Shown: one piece after another, positions 1 through 7,535 of the stretch
Layout: every line of letters starts with the position of its first letter
Position numbering within the stretch: position 1 is the stretch's first letter
IMG/VR virus record: IMGVR_UViG_3300027782_000036
Direction: 5' to 3' (one strand)
DNA: 64,000 nucleotides
From: a virus
Made by a program: the position numbers and the translations under genes
Notes under the pieces: model-generated
The model's database searches: none
The model's input: only the letters and a program-made list of their open reading frames with translations
Told to the model about the DNA's origin: nothing

Positions 1-67
1 TAGCGGTATATAACACCTCGACCTCATCATCCGTTAATTCTATGATGAATTTTCTTTTATTGCTCAT
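1..67 (-). CDS. Small early hypothetical protein, 5' part only (MSNKRKFIIELTDDEVEVLYTA..., runs off the left edge)
   Basis: ATG at 67-65 with AGGAGA RBS and a sigma70 promoter in the 60-bp repeat upstream; not in the ORF track. Confidence 0.65.
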   Translation of the reverse strand, partial: MSNKRKFIIELTDDEVEVLYTA

Positions 68-127
68 ATTTTCTCTCCTGATTAATATAGTACCATTATA
101 CATGAATACCGAAAAAAGTCAAGCGTT
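68..127 (-). repeat. 60-bp promoter+RBS cassette, copy 1 (TTGACT-16-TATAAT ... AGGAGA)
   Basis: Identical to 300-359. Confidence 0.9.
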
Positions 128-298
128 TTCTTTAATGATTCTATTAAAAAAGGTCGCCCATTCTCCAGCTTGATCTTGATTAAAAGTCCATACAGGATCC
201 AATAGGTCCTCTTCCGCTTGTATTTCAGCGGATTCCCAATTATCATGCTGTCCTAAACTATACATGGCACCATCGCCACCTAAGCAAAAATATAACAT
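119..298 (-). CDS. Hypothetical acidic protein, 59 aa (MLYFCLGGDGAMYSLG...KENA)
   Basis: Hand-translated; RBS and promoter lie in cassette copy 2; stop codon overlaps the next -35 box. Confidence 0.7.
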   Translation of the reverse strand: MLYFCLGGDGAMYSLGQHDNWESAEIQAEEDLLDPVWTFNQDQAGEWATFFNRIIKENA

Positions 299-299
299 A

Positions 300-359
300 A
301 TTTTCTCTCCTGATTAATATAGTACCATTATACATGAATACCGAAAAAAGTCAAGCGTT
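300..359 (-). repeat. 60-bp promoter+RBS cassette, copy 2
   Basis: Identical to 68-127. Confidence 0.9.
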
Positions 360-516
360 ATTTCAATTTTAATTGGTATAGGTCGTCCACGATATTTTGA
401 ATAGCACAATGCAATTCAAAGCATTCTTCCGTGTCTCCGAGCTGGTTTTGCAATTCATCGTCTGCGTCCATCAATAAGGTCGCTACTGTGACTAGTTTTT
501 CGTTTAATGTTATCAT
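358..516 (-). CDS. Hypothetical acidic protein, 52 aa (MITLNEKLVTVATLL...LKLK)
   Basis: Hand-translated; AGGAGA RBS; promoter at 543-570. Confidence 0.7.
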   Translation of the reverse strand: MITLNEKLVTVATLLMDADDELQNQLGDTEECFELHCAIQNIVDDLYQLKLK

Positions 517-542
517 ATACTCTCCTAATGTTTATAAGTGAT

Positions 543-570
543 ATTATACAGGAATCCATAGAAAAGGCAA
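543..570 (-). promoter_or_regulatory. Sigma70-type early promoter TTGCCT-16-TATAAT
   Basis: Near-consensus hexamers upstream of an RBS and ORF. Confidence 0.75.
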
Positions 571-593
571 GCAAATAATATAAAAGAAAATGC

Positions 594-877
594 TTGCCAT
601 TTTACCAGAAACCTGTATAATGGACACATACTGAAAAAAAGGTAGAGGGGACCCTGCGTGACGCTTTCGTGGCGCCGAAAGTGCTTGCCATTTTGCTCTG
701 ATTGTGATAGAGTGTCGGTTGCGGAATAGTATAGAGACAGGCAGAAAGCGCTTGCCTTTTCCACTGGTTCGTGTATAATATAGGTAGAGCGCTGTGCGTG
801 ACGCCTATGGAAATGCGGATGAGAATCATTATCATCCGCCGATAACGCTTGCCATTTTCTTTGGAGTGTGATAGAAT
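594..877 (+). promoter_or_regulatory. Array of four rightward sigma70-type promoters (594-621, 685-713, 752-779, 849-877)
   Basis: TTGCCA-16-TATAAT, TTGCCA-17-TAGAGT, TTGCCT-16-TATAAT and TTGCCA-17-TAGAAT, each preceded by GC. Confidence 0.7.
815..839. promoter_or_regulatory. Fur-box-like site 1 inside an 8-bp inverted repeat
   Basis: GCGGATGAGAATCATTATC matches 15/19 of GATAATGATAATCATTATC. Confidence 0.6.
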
Positions 878-960
878 GATCGGTTATGGTAAAATTGTGT
901 AAAACTCTGATACCCACTGATAACCGGCGAAATAAACTCGATAAAATGGTAGTGGTAACC

Positions 961-1240
961 ACTGCCGGATCTCTGCCGGAACCGCCGGAGCTACTCCGGC
1001 CGGCTAAGTATCTCTCGGAAATTCGGCAGGATCACACAGAGAGACTAAACTGACCATGGTTCCTCAGAGCCCGACTACCAAATATCAGCACACTACCGAC
1101 AACCTGCGACACTGGTTGCGAATGATTCTCATTTAGATTTAGAGGTAACTCTGAGGTTCGCTGAGGTACGCTTGAGGTAAAACTTCAGGTAACTTTACCG
1201 AAACAGCTGAGGTAAACTTTCAGGTAAAACTTGAGGTAGA
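961..1240. repeat. Iteron-like short repeats: CCGG units (965-1003) and eight (G/C)AGGT units (1142-1237) at ~10-12-bp phasing; candidate origin
   Basis: Read directly from the sequence; no credible ORF. Confidence 0.55.
1118..1136. promoter_or_regulatory. Fur-box-like site 2
   Basis: Reverse complement CTAAATGAGAATCATTCGC, 13/19 to consensus; shares the ATGAGAATCATT core with site 1. Confidence 0.55.
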
Positions 1241-1268
1241 CTCCACCGTAGGTAGTATTATTCCACTC

Positions 1269-1457
1269 TTCCTTACAGCCTACGCTTCTTGTCTTTATTC
1301 TATTCTATACTAGGTGGTTTGTATGTAATATTATGTCATTCCTTACAGCCTACGAGCTTTGTATCGCATTTTTGTCTTATTATGCAACACAAAATGGTTT
1401 GTCTCGCATTTATACTATACTATTGGTTTTGTATCGCATTTTTGTCTTATTATGCAA
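1269..1457. repeat. AT-rich direct repeats with a 70-bp offset (1269-1284/1339-1354; 1358-1387/1428-1457)
   Basis: TTCCTTACAGCCTACG x2; TTTGTATCGCATTTTTGTCTTATTATGCAA x2. Confidence 0.8.
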
Positions 1458-1962
1458 GACAAAGTTCTTTTCTCATTATGATACCACTTTCACCTGTATT
1501 AAAGAATGATGGTATGATACCAATTACATGGAAGTTTTCTTTCTCATAGATTAATCTTGCGGTTGTCCAGTTCTCATTGACTAGTAGAATAATTGATTGA
1601 ATATGGTAAAGTTGGACTATTCTTTCGATACAAGCATTGAATAGTTTTCGACCTAGTGATTTACTTCTATGGTCAGGATGAATGGTCATTGATGAGATAT
1701 ACAATTCGGTATTCTTATTGTCATGGACATTTTGAATAGAATGGTCAAGCTTGAATGAAGTTGTATCGGCAGGCCATAATTCTGATGAGATATAACCTAT
1801 TGGAATGGATTGGTCGGTCATGATTAAAAATCCATCAGCGAAAGTGTTTATTCTCTCGAGCATGGTGGATTTGGTTTCGTTGATTGATGAATGAAAGCCT
1901 AGGCGTTCCAATTCCATAATAGAATCTATGTCATTGGTTGTGGCGGGACGGATTTCTATCAA
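1450..1962 (-). CDS. GNAT-family N-acetyltransferase
   Basis: IRPAT..D N-terminus, YISSMTIHPDHRSKSLGRKL acetyl-CoA motif A, A..IYEKENF motif B. Confidence 0.85.
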   Translation of the reverse strand: MIEIRPATTNDIDSIMELERLGFHSSINETKSTMLERINTFADGFLIMTDQSIPIGYISSELWPADTTSFKLDHSIQNVHDNKNTELYISSMTIHPDHRSKSLGRKLFNACIERIVQLYHIQSIILLVNENWTTARLIYEKENFHVIGIIPSFFNTGESGIIMRKELCLA

Positions 1963-2228
1963 TCTTTCAGGTTCTTAAACAGGTCATAATTATCATTGAT
2001 AGATTCTTCCAGCTTATTCATCGTGTGCTGGTGTTTTTCTTTTGGTATGGTAAATATCTCTATCGGTATATCTTTTCTTTTATAGGCATTATCTCTGCCT
2101 TGTTTATAGCCTGCCTTCCATGCTTCCCACATCTTTTCATCATCATATTGGTGTTCTTTGATAGATGGTGATTGAGCATATACTCGATCATACCAATACC
2201 AAAACTCTTGACTATATTCTGGTTTCAT
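1959..2228 (-). CDS. Hypothetical protein
   Basis: Closely packed ORF with ATGA overlap. Confidence 0.7.
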   Translation of the reverse strand: MKPEYSQEFWYWYDRVYAQSPSIKEHQYDDEKMWEAWKAGYKQGRDNAYKRKDIPIEIFTIPKEKHQHTMNKLEESINDNYDLFKNLKD

Positions 2229-2231
2229 AGT

Positions 2232-2861
2232 TTAATCCCATAGTGACATATAATATTTACCAAATAATTTCAGGCCATTTTGAATACGAGCATAGTGCTT
2301 GGCATGGCCTCTCTTATCAAATTTAAGAGTATGTTTAGGTCCATGTTTCATTTGTAAGTCACCATTTTTGGATTTACTCCATTGTAGGTCGGATTTACCA
2401 GTCCAAAATTGGTCTTCCCATTTGTCATCTTTGATCTGATCGAAAGCCCATATCATTTGGTCCATGACATAATCCCATCGCTTGAAATAGTTATTGTCTG
2501 TGTCATAAAGTTTTAATACTTTTCTATTGCGTAGAGCTGGCGGGACGTCCTCATTATCAACGTGTGGCGCACCGTGTTTATTTGCTTTGAGTTGAATGAG
2601 CATAGACAGAATGATAGGCGTTAGAGTATGCCCCATGTCCCATGTATCCCATTTATCGATCTTGATATATCGAATATCACGGTTAAAGAATTGACGGATA
2701 TCAAATAGAATAGAGCAGAATGGTGATAGAATAGTATTCCAAAATTCTATGATAGGCTCATCATAATCAATATCAGCTTTCTTACGCCAAAACATGGCCT
2801 TCTCGATGATTGTGTATGGACTCAGCCAATTGTTCTTGGGTTTGTTAAAGTATATTTTCAT
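2232..2861 (-). CDS. Conserved phage hypothetical protein (Trp-rich)
   Basis: 209 aa; D.WDTW.M..TL..II and GLKLFGKYY..LWD motifs recalled from T4-like phages. Confidence 0.8.
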   Translation of the reverse strand: MKIYFNKPKNNWLSPYTIIEKAMFWRKKADIDYDEPIIEFWNTILSPFCSILFDIRQFFNRDIRYIKIDKWDTWDMGHTLTPIILSMLIQLKANKHGAPHVDNEDVPPALRNRKVLKLYDTDNNYFKRWDYVMDQMIWAFDQIKDDKWEDQFWTGKSDLQWSKSKNGDLQMKHGPKHTLKFDKRGHAKHYARIQNGLKLFGKYYMSLWD

Positions 2862-3094
2862 AGCATGCTCCTTACCTTTTTAAATACTTCTCGTCTATCA
2901 CTAAATTTAACTTTACCATGTAAGTCAACAGGACTAAAAAATGCTGTCCATCCATGATTACCATGAAATGTTCCTGTTACTTTTTTACCGTTGATAGTAT
3001 CAAAATAAATCCAAGGATAATTGGCAGCAAAGGTTACATCTATACCTAATTTATTAAGTCTTGACTTAAATGTTTTTATTCGATATTCATTCAT
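2858..3094 (-). CDS. Hypothetical protein
   Basis: ATGA overlaps; ANYPWIY motif. Confidence 0.7.
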   Translation of the reverse strand: MNEYRIKTFKSRLNKLGIDVTFAANYPWIYFDTINGKKVTGTFHGNHGWTAFFSPVDLHGKVKFSDRREVFKKVRSML

Positions 3095-3300
3095 TTTGTT
3101 TTCCTAAAATAATGGCGCCATAGTGATGATCGAATGATACTCACCACGGTATAGATAATGGTAATGCCGATAGAATCGAATATCGTGGGGTGTAGGCCAA
3201 ATAGTGGAAATATGGTGATCTGTATCAATAATGATAATAGAAAACCACTACCCACATCAATGGTGCTTTCAAGCAGAGGTCTGTTCATAATAATCCTCAA
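3091..3300 (-). CDS. Small two-helix membrane protein
   Basis: Two hydrophobic segments around IFPLFG; probable start at 3288. Confidence 0.7.
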   Translation of the reverse strand: MRIIMNRPLLESTIDVGSGFLLSLLIQITIFPLFGLHPTIFDSIGITIIYTVVSIIRSSLWRHYFRKTK

Positions 3301-3530
3301 TCATATTTACGATGTCATCGACAGCATCACAATAGCCTTCCATATATTTTTGGCCTAGTTCATCACCGACACCATGGTCTTGAATGAGTTCTATTATACG
3401 CTCTATGGTTTCTCTATCTAACATTATTGATTGAGTATAAAATCTTCAATAGACTTTACCAATTTAATAAAGTCTAGTGGATTCATATCATGGCCATATA
3501 GATTATAAAGGTCTGATATTTGTTGGTCGT

Positions 3531-3713
3531 TTAGTTGTTTTTTAGCCATTCATTAAACTCCTGTGCTGATATGATACCATTGACATAATGTTCAATCTCT
3601 ACCTTATATTCTTTGGTGAGCTTGAATTCTGGATTTTTCTTTTTAGTCTGCTCGATATAGTATCGTATAGCATACTCACGTGCTTTCTTGTTATCTTTAT
3701 TGGTGATTTTCAA
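3531..3713 (-). CDS. Hypothetical protein
   Basis: ATGA overlap with the upstream ORF. Confidence 0.6.
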   Translation of the reverse strand: MKITNKDNKKAREYAIRYYIEQTKKKNPEFKLTKEYKVEIEHYVNGIISAQEFNEWLKNN

Positions 3714-4021
3714 TCGTGTTCGCCACCAGGCACATACTTACTATCAAAGTCATCTTTGAGGACATTGTAATAGGAACTGTCTGAATCATAATGAATATCA
3801 CCAATATCGGTGTTCACATAGACATCATTTGGTTTATAAGTATCGACTTTAGTTTTATAATACTCGATCACCTTTAGCATGGCATCGGTGAGAGCATTAT
3901 CATCTAATACTGGATGCACATGATCCTCGACACCGCTTGCCACGGCAAACCTATATGATATAATATCATCGTGTTCGGCCTGTAATTCATTGACAATAAT
4001 GTTATTAAGATTGATTCTCAT
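3710..4021 (-). CDS. Hypothetical acidic protein
   Basis: AGGAG RBS; operon packing. Confidence 0.7.
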   Translation of the reverse strand: MRINLNNIIVNELQAEHDDIISYRFAVASGVEDHVHPVLDDNALTDAMLKVIEYYKTKVDTYKPNDVYVNTDIGDIHYDSDSSYYNVLKDDFDSKYVPGGEHD

Positions 4022-4023
4022 AA

Positions 4024-4248
4024 TTACTCCTGTAATAATGTAATGGTAAAGTCGCCTCTCACAAAGTCATCAGCTAATGCCTCGGCCATGGAAAGATAAC
4101 CACAATTTTCTTTTTTGATAACTCTACCATCCACTAGTAATTCTACTATGAAAGCAGTGTCGGTGGCAATAATCTTTGCGGTCTTTCCGTTATTATTACC
4201 ATCACCATAATATTCTGAAATAAGTTCGTTATTCATTTTGTTTCCCAT
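4024..4248 (-). CDS. Hypothetical protein
   Basis: AGGAG RBS; LISEYYG motif; start may be 4236. Confidence 0.7.
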   Translation of the reverse strand: MGNKMNNELISEYYGDGNNNGKTAKIIATDTAFIVELLVDGRVIKKENCGYLSMAEALADDFVRGDFTITLLQE

Positions 4249-4394
4249 TCTCCTGTGATTTTAGGTTTACGTTTAAGTTTAGATAGTTTAGATTGTTTAT
4301 ATGGATAGAATGGCGGTGTGACATAACCTTTTTTAGGTCGACTGAATAACTTTATTAACATTCTTAGCATACTCATACTTTTCTCCATAGTGTA

Positions 4395-4505
4395 ATATTA
4401 GTTTAGGACTTTCACAAGCTGATCAAGGCTCTGACCCATCGGAAGCTGACCTCGAGGACTAGTCCGCATATATGTTATTGATTGGCGAAAGCCCTAAACT
4501 AATAT
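4395..4505 (-). ncRNA. Candidate structured RNA closed by a 21-bp stem
   Basis: 4395-4415 pairs with 4485-4505; both mismatches are G-U pairs on the minus strand. Confidence 0.45.
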
Positions 4506-4819
4506 CATTTTCTTTTTATATAATGTCTTATTTTCTTTTTAATCACCATTGGTGGTTTATTGATGACTACTGGTTTAACCTCGACTGTCTCAATAGGTTG
4601 AACCGCTGAGATCCAATTCTTGTCCCACATATCGGCATGTGGATCATCTTTATAAAAGTCCTCTTTGGCCATCTTATCAAACTTAGCCTGTTTTTCTTTT
4701 GGTAATGCTGATGGTATTTTTGGTTCTTTAGTGACAACCTTTTCTACGATAGAATAGGCCATTGTGATTGGTGATGTATATGCACTCGCATCTGCCATAA
4801 TAATAACATCTAACATCAA
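4505..4819 (-). CDS. Hypothetical protein
   Basis: ORF track; overlaps the HNH stop codon. Confidence 0.65.
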   Translation of the reverse strand: MMLDVIIMADASAYTSPITMAYSIVEKVVTKEPKIPSALPKEKQAKFDKMAKEDFYKDDPHADMWDKNWISAVQPIETVEVKPVVINKPPMVIKKKIRHYIKRK

Positions 4820-5181
4820 TATCTCCTTTGGTTGGCATTATCGCCATTCATTTTACTTTTATAAGCATGACAACATTTACATAATGTCTGTAGATTGTCA
4901 GTCACATTGTGGTTACGATCAGCATTGATATGATCCAAATCTAACATACATGATGGCATCTTACGACCTCGAGCATAACATTTAAAACCAAGTCTGCCGT
5001 CTTTATTTTCACAAAATTCTTTTTTAATGGGTGTGACGCCTTCACTATATTGCCTTTTACCCATAGCAGCATGATGACACTTACCACAATATGGACGATA
5101 ATGTGTGGCACCTTTGGTACCACCTGAAGCATGACACGGTAAATCACAACCTATATTACAACATGTTGGTCGTTTACTCAT
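4816..5181 (-). CDS. Zn-binding HNH endonuclease (free-standing homing-type)
   Basis: LDHINADRNHN...NLQTLCKCCH; several Cys pairs; start placed at ATG 5181 (GGAG RBS, own promoter at 5194-5221). Confidence 0.85.
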   Translation of the reverse strand: MSKRPTCCNIGCDLPCHASGGTKGATHYRPYCGKCHHAAMGKRQYSEGVTPIKKEFCENKDGRLGFKCYARGRKMPSCMLDLDHINADRNHNVTDNLQTLCKCCHAYKSKMNGDNANQRRY

Positions 5182-5193
5182 TATAATCTCCAT

Positions 5194-5262
5194 ATTATAC
5201 ACGAATAAAATTACATGGCAACCAGCATTACGCTTGCCAAATGGTAATTATTGTGTTATAGT
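5194..5262. promoter_or_regulatory. Back-to-back promoters: leftward TTGCCA-16-TATAAT (5194-5221) and rightward TTGCCA-17-TATAGT (5234-5262)
   Basis: Hexamer matches. Confidence 0.6.
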
Positions 5263-5414
5263 CCAAAAACAAATCGTGATGACGTATTGCCTGATGGCCG
5301 GAGAATTGGTGACATATCAGCAATAATAAGTTCGTATGCTTGTATCAGTTCAACCTCATCAGGTCTAAATGCTTTTACTTCAGCATATTGTTTCTTTAAT
5401 TCTTCTAACAACAT
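5256..5414 (-). CDS. Hypothetical protein, 52 aa (MLLEELKKQYAEVK...)
   Basis: Hand-translated; AAGGA RBS. Confidence 0.55.
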   Translation of the reverse strand: MLLEELKKQYAEVKAFRPDEVELIQAYELIIADMSPILRPSGNTSSRFVFGL

Positions 5415-5498
5415 TTTATTTCCTTTTTAACCATTTTAGTAATTTACAAGGCGACCATTTGCATCCTTTAACGTTTTCTTTTTTACAAATTACACAGC

Positions 5499-5693
5499 TC
5501 ATTGTTGCACCTCTTTCACACATCTAACAGTTTGTTTAATATAACCCATATCATGCAATTGTATTAATCTATAGTGAGCGAATTCTTGACATGTTTCTAA
5601 ACTTTTGAATTCATAACGTGTGATCTCCTCATTACCTGTAGGGGTGATTGCACTCACTATCATATACCAAATAATGACCGTATTTAATTCCAT
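5499..5693 (-). CDS. Small, probably exported protein with two Cys
   Basis: Hydrophobic N-terminus; F.S.E.C ... C.K pattern. Confidence 0.65.
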   Translation of the reverse strand: MELNTVIIWYMIVSAITPTGNEEITRYEFKSLETCQEFAHYRLIQLHDMGYIKQTVRCVKEVQQ

Positions 5694-5884
5694 TTTTGAA
5701 TCTCTAATTTAACCTTCATTAAATGGGTATATTCCTCATTGGTCAATTCCAATGAGTCCAAATATTCCATTACACTTTGAGTTTCTAAAAATCCTCTAGT
5801 GAATTTATAGTGGTCAATATAATAGATATAGTTCCAATTGGTACATAAAACTACTTCTAATGCTTCTTCAACAATAGGACGCAT
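5684..5884 (-). CDS. Hypothetical protein
   Basis: TAATG coupling. Confidence 0.65.
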   Translation of the reverse strand: MRPIVEEALEVVLCTNWNYIYYIDHYKFTRGFLETQSVMEYLDSLELTNEEYTHLMKVKLEIQKWN

Positions 5885-6201
5885 TAATTTTTACCAAAAG
5901 AATTTATAAATGATGATAATGTTTGGTCATAACCTAAACTCGGTGCTATCGATGTGGCAGCACCAGCTACACTCAACATAGCATATGGATTATTATTTTT
6001 CATAGCATTTTGAGAACTATAAATTAAAGCACCAGTCTGTAAAATAGCGGCCAAAGGTATTTGAGCTCTCGTTTGTTGATATGATTGAATATCTCTATTC
6101 ATTGGATCACCACCGTATGGTCCTCTATAAGTTCTTAAAGGATCAGCAAGTGCTGATGTTGAGATTGCTACTAGACCTATTACTGCTAGAATCTTTTTCA
6201 T
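5884..6201 (-). CDS. Exported protein homologous to the C-terminal extension of this phage's gp54
   Basis: Sec signal MKKILAVIGLVAISTSALA-D; 33/54 identities to the segment encoded at 24110-24271. Confidence 0.85.
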   Translation of the reverse strand: MKKILAVIGLVAISTSALADPLRTYRGPYGGDPMNRDIQSYQQTRAQIPLAAILQTGALIYSSQNAMKNNNPYAMLSVAGAATSIAPSLGYDQTLSSFINSFGKN

Positions 6202-6357
6202 TCTGTTTCTTCCTTATTATTTAAAATCCTGTTGATGTCTTTTGTCATCATCCATAATTTTGCATAGACTACAATAGACATGATAAATGCTGCTAAGTCA
6301 AATCGCTGATACAAGCATGCAGCTAAAACACTAATAATACCAGCTAACTCAAACATT

Positions 6358-6609
6358 TTATGTGCCTTTCTTTTTAGTTGTAGGACGGCCTTTCTTATGC
6401 TTACTATCTATCCATTCGGTAGATCCATCTTTACGATAGAGTTTACCAATAAGAAAATAATCCTCATCTCTAAAACTAGGCATCTCATCATCACGGCCAG
6501 TTGGCAGGAATGAATTGAGATATTTGACGGCATCTTTTGCCGTGTCAAATTCTTTGACGTGCATTGTGTTGTTTAAGTTTGGTTTTGCAATATACATTAG
6601 TGAAACCAT
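6358..6609 (-). CDS. Hypothetical protein
   Basis: ORF track; likely start MYIAKP at 6597. Confidence 0.65.
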   Translation of the reverse strand: MVSLMYIAKPNLNNTMHVKEFDTAKDAVKYLNSFLPTGRDDEMPSFRDEDYFLIGKLYRKDGSTEWIDSKHKKGRPTTKKKGT

Positions 6610-6761
6610 CTTTCATTTTGTGATTCTTTTTTGTCAAATTCAATAGCATCGATCACTAGGCTTTCGTTACAACCTAGAATTGATGCTATCACCTTGGTGT
6701 CTTGAGTTTCAGTATAATAAAGCTCAAGCACGTTTTCTAATAATTGTTTCATGTGTAACAT
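6597..6761 (-). CDS. Small hypothetical protein, 54 aa, possible HTH (IASILGCNESLV)
   Basis: Hand-translated; AAGGAG RBS. Confidence 0.6.
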   Translation of the reverse strand: MLHMKQLLENVLELYYTETQDTKVIASILGCNESLVIDAIEFDKKESQNERWFH

Positions 6762-6780
6762 AATACTCCTTAAAAATTGG

Positions 6781-7019
6781 TGCTAGTTTTATTTTTATAG
6801 TCAAAAACTAGCAAAAACGGACTGCGGCAATTTATAGCTCTCTTTTAAAGTCATCAGCTAAAGGACGCAAATGTCCTGATGATGTTGACCGGAAATGTTT
6901 TAAGTCTCCTTCTGCCAAGTATTGAGGTTGCCTGCCACACTCGGTAGTCCAAGTGGCTCATTACGGTCGGTTTATTTCCGTTCCAGTCCTCTCTGTCCAC
7001 AGGCCTATGCCTACCTGTG
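6781..7019 (-). ncRNA. Candidate multi-stem structured RNA (~240 nt)
   Basis: GC-richer intergenic stretch with at least five complementary pairs. Confidence 0.4.
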
Positions 7020-7020
7020 A

Positions 7021-7323
7021 TTAGGCTCTTAAATATGGTACGCCAGCCCAATTCACACCTTCCCATTCCTCACGAAGGATATTACCACGTGGATGTTTTG
7101 GTGCTGGTGCCTTCCATGAGGCAGCCATTAAAATATTGCCTGTCATTTTGTCAATGAAAGAATGGACTCTGCGATGACCGTAATTGGTGACCACAATTTT
7201 AATATACTTTTGGCCTACTTGATGATCGACATCAAATTCACCTGTATGTTTTTCAACCTTGTAATAAGAATCTTTAAGCAGTTGCTTGTAATCTTCCAAT
7301 GCCATGTTTAAAATGTTTTCCAT
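7021..7323 (-). CDS. Conserved phage hypothetical protein
   Basis: KYIKIV...VHSFIDKMTGNILMAASWKAPA...RGNI motif. Confidence 0.8.
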   Translation of the reverse strand: MENILNMALEDYKQLLKDSYYKVEKHTGEFDVDHQVGQKYIKIVVTNYGHRRVHSFIDKMTGNILMAASWKAPAPKHPRGNILREEWEGVNWAGVPYLRA

Positions 7324-7535
7324 TATTGTTTCTCCAAAAATTCTGATATGTCAATGTCCATATCTTGACAATGCTCGATGAGCTTTTCATCATCGATGTC
7401 TTCCAAGTATTCCATTTGAGCATTGAAATAGTATTCTTCCAATGTTTGCATATCAGCACAATTCAACCAATCGTTTGCAAGCTTTTCCATGACCTCATAA
7501 CGGAAGTCCTTTTTAATCATATCAGCTCTTGACAT
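7323..7535 (-). CDS. Hypothetical acidic protein
   Basis: AGGAGG RBS; TAATG coupling. Confidence 0.75.
   Translation of the reverse strand: MSRADMIKKDFRYEVMEKLANDWLNCADMQTLEEYYFNAQMEYLEDIDDEKLIEHCQDMDIDISEFLEKQ

Noticed and set aside
525-962. ORFs 525-962 and 602-835 on the minus strand
   Set aside because: They run across the promoter array, lack an RBS and have atypical composition; likely spurious.
1141-1457. Possible CRISPR array
   Set aside because: Only two copies of each long repeat, no run of constant repeats with unique spacers, and no cas genes.
1289-1549. 86-aa hydrophobic + strand ORF
   Set aside because: TTG start without RBS, made of the T-rich repeats and overlapping the GNAT gene; translation from the promoter array cannot be fully excluded.
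6851-6900. Hammerhead ribozyme (CTGATGA occurs on both strands)
   Set aside because: No properly closed stem II followed by GAAA and a matching stem III; the motif is explained by an inverted repeat.
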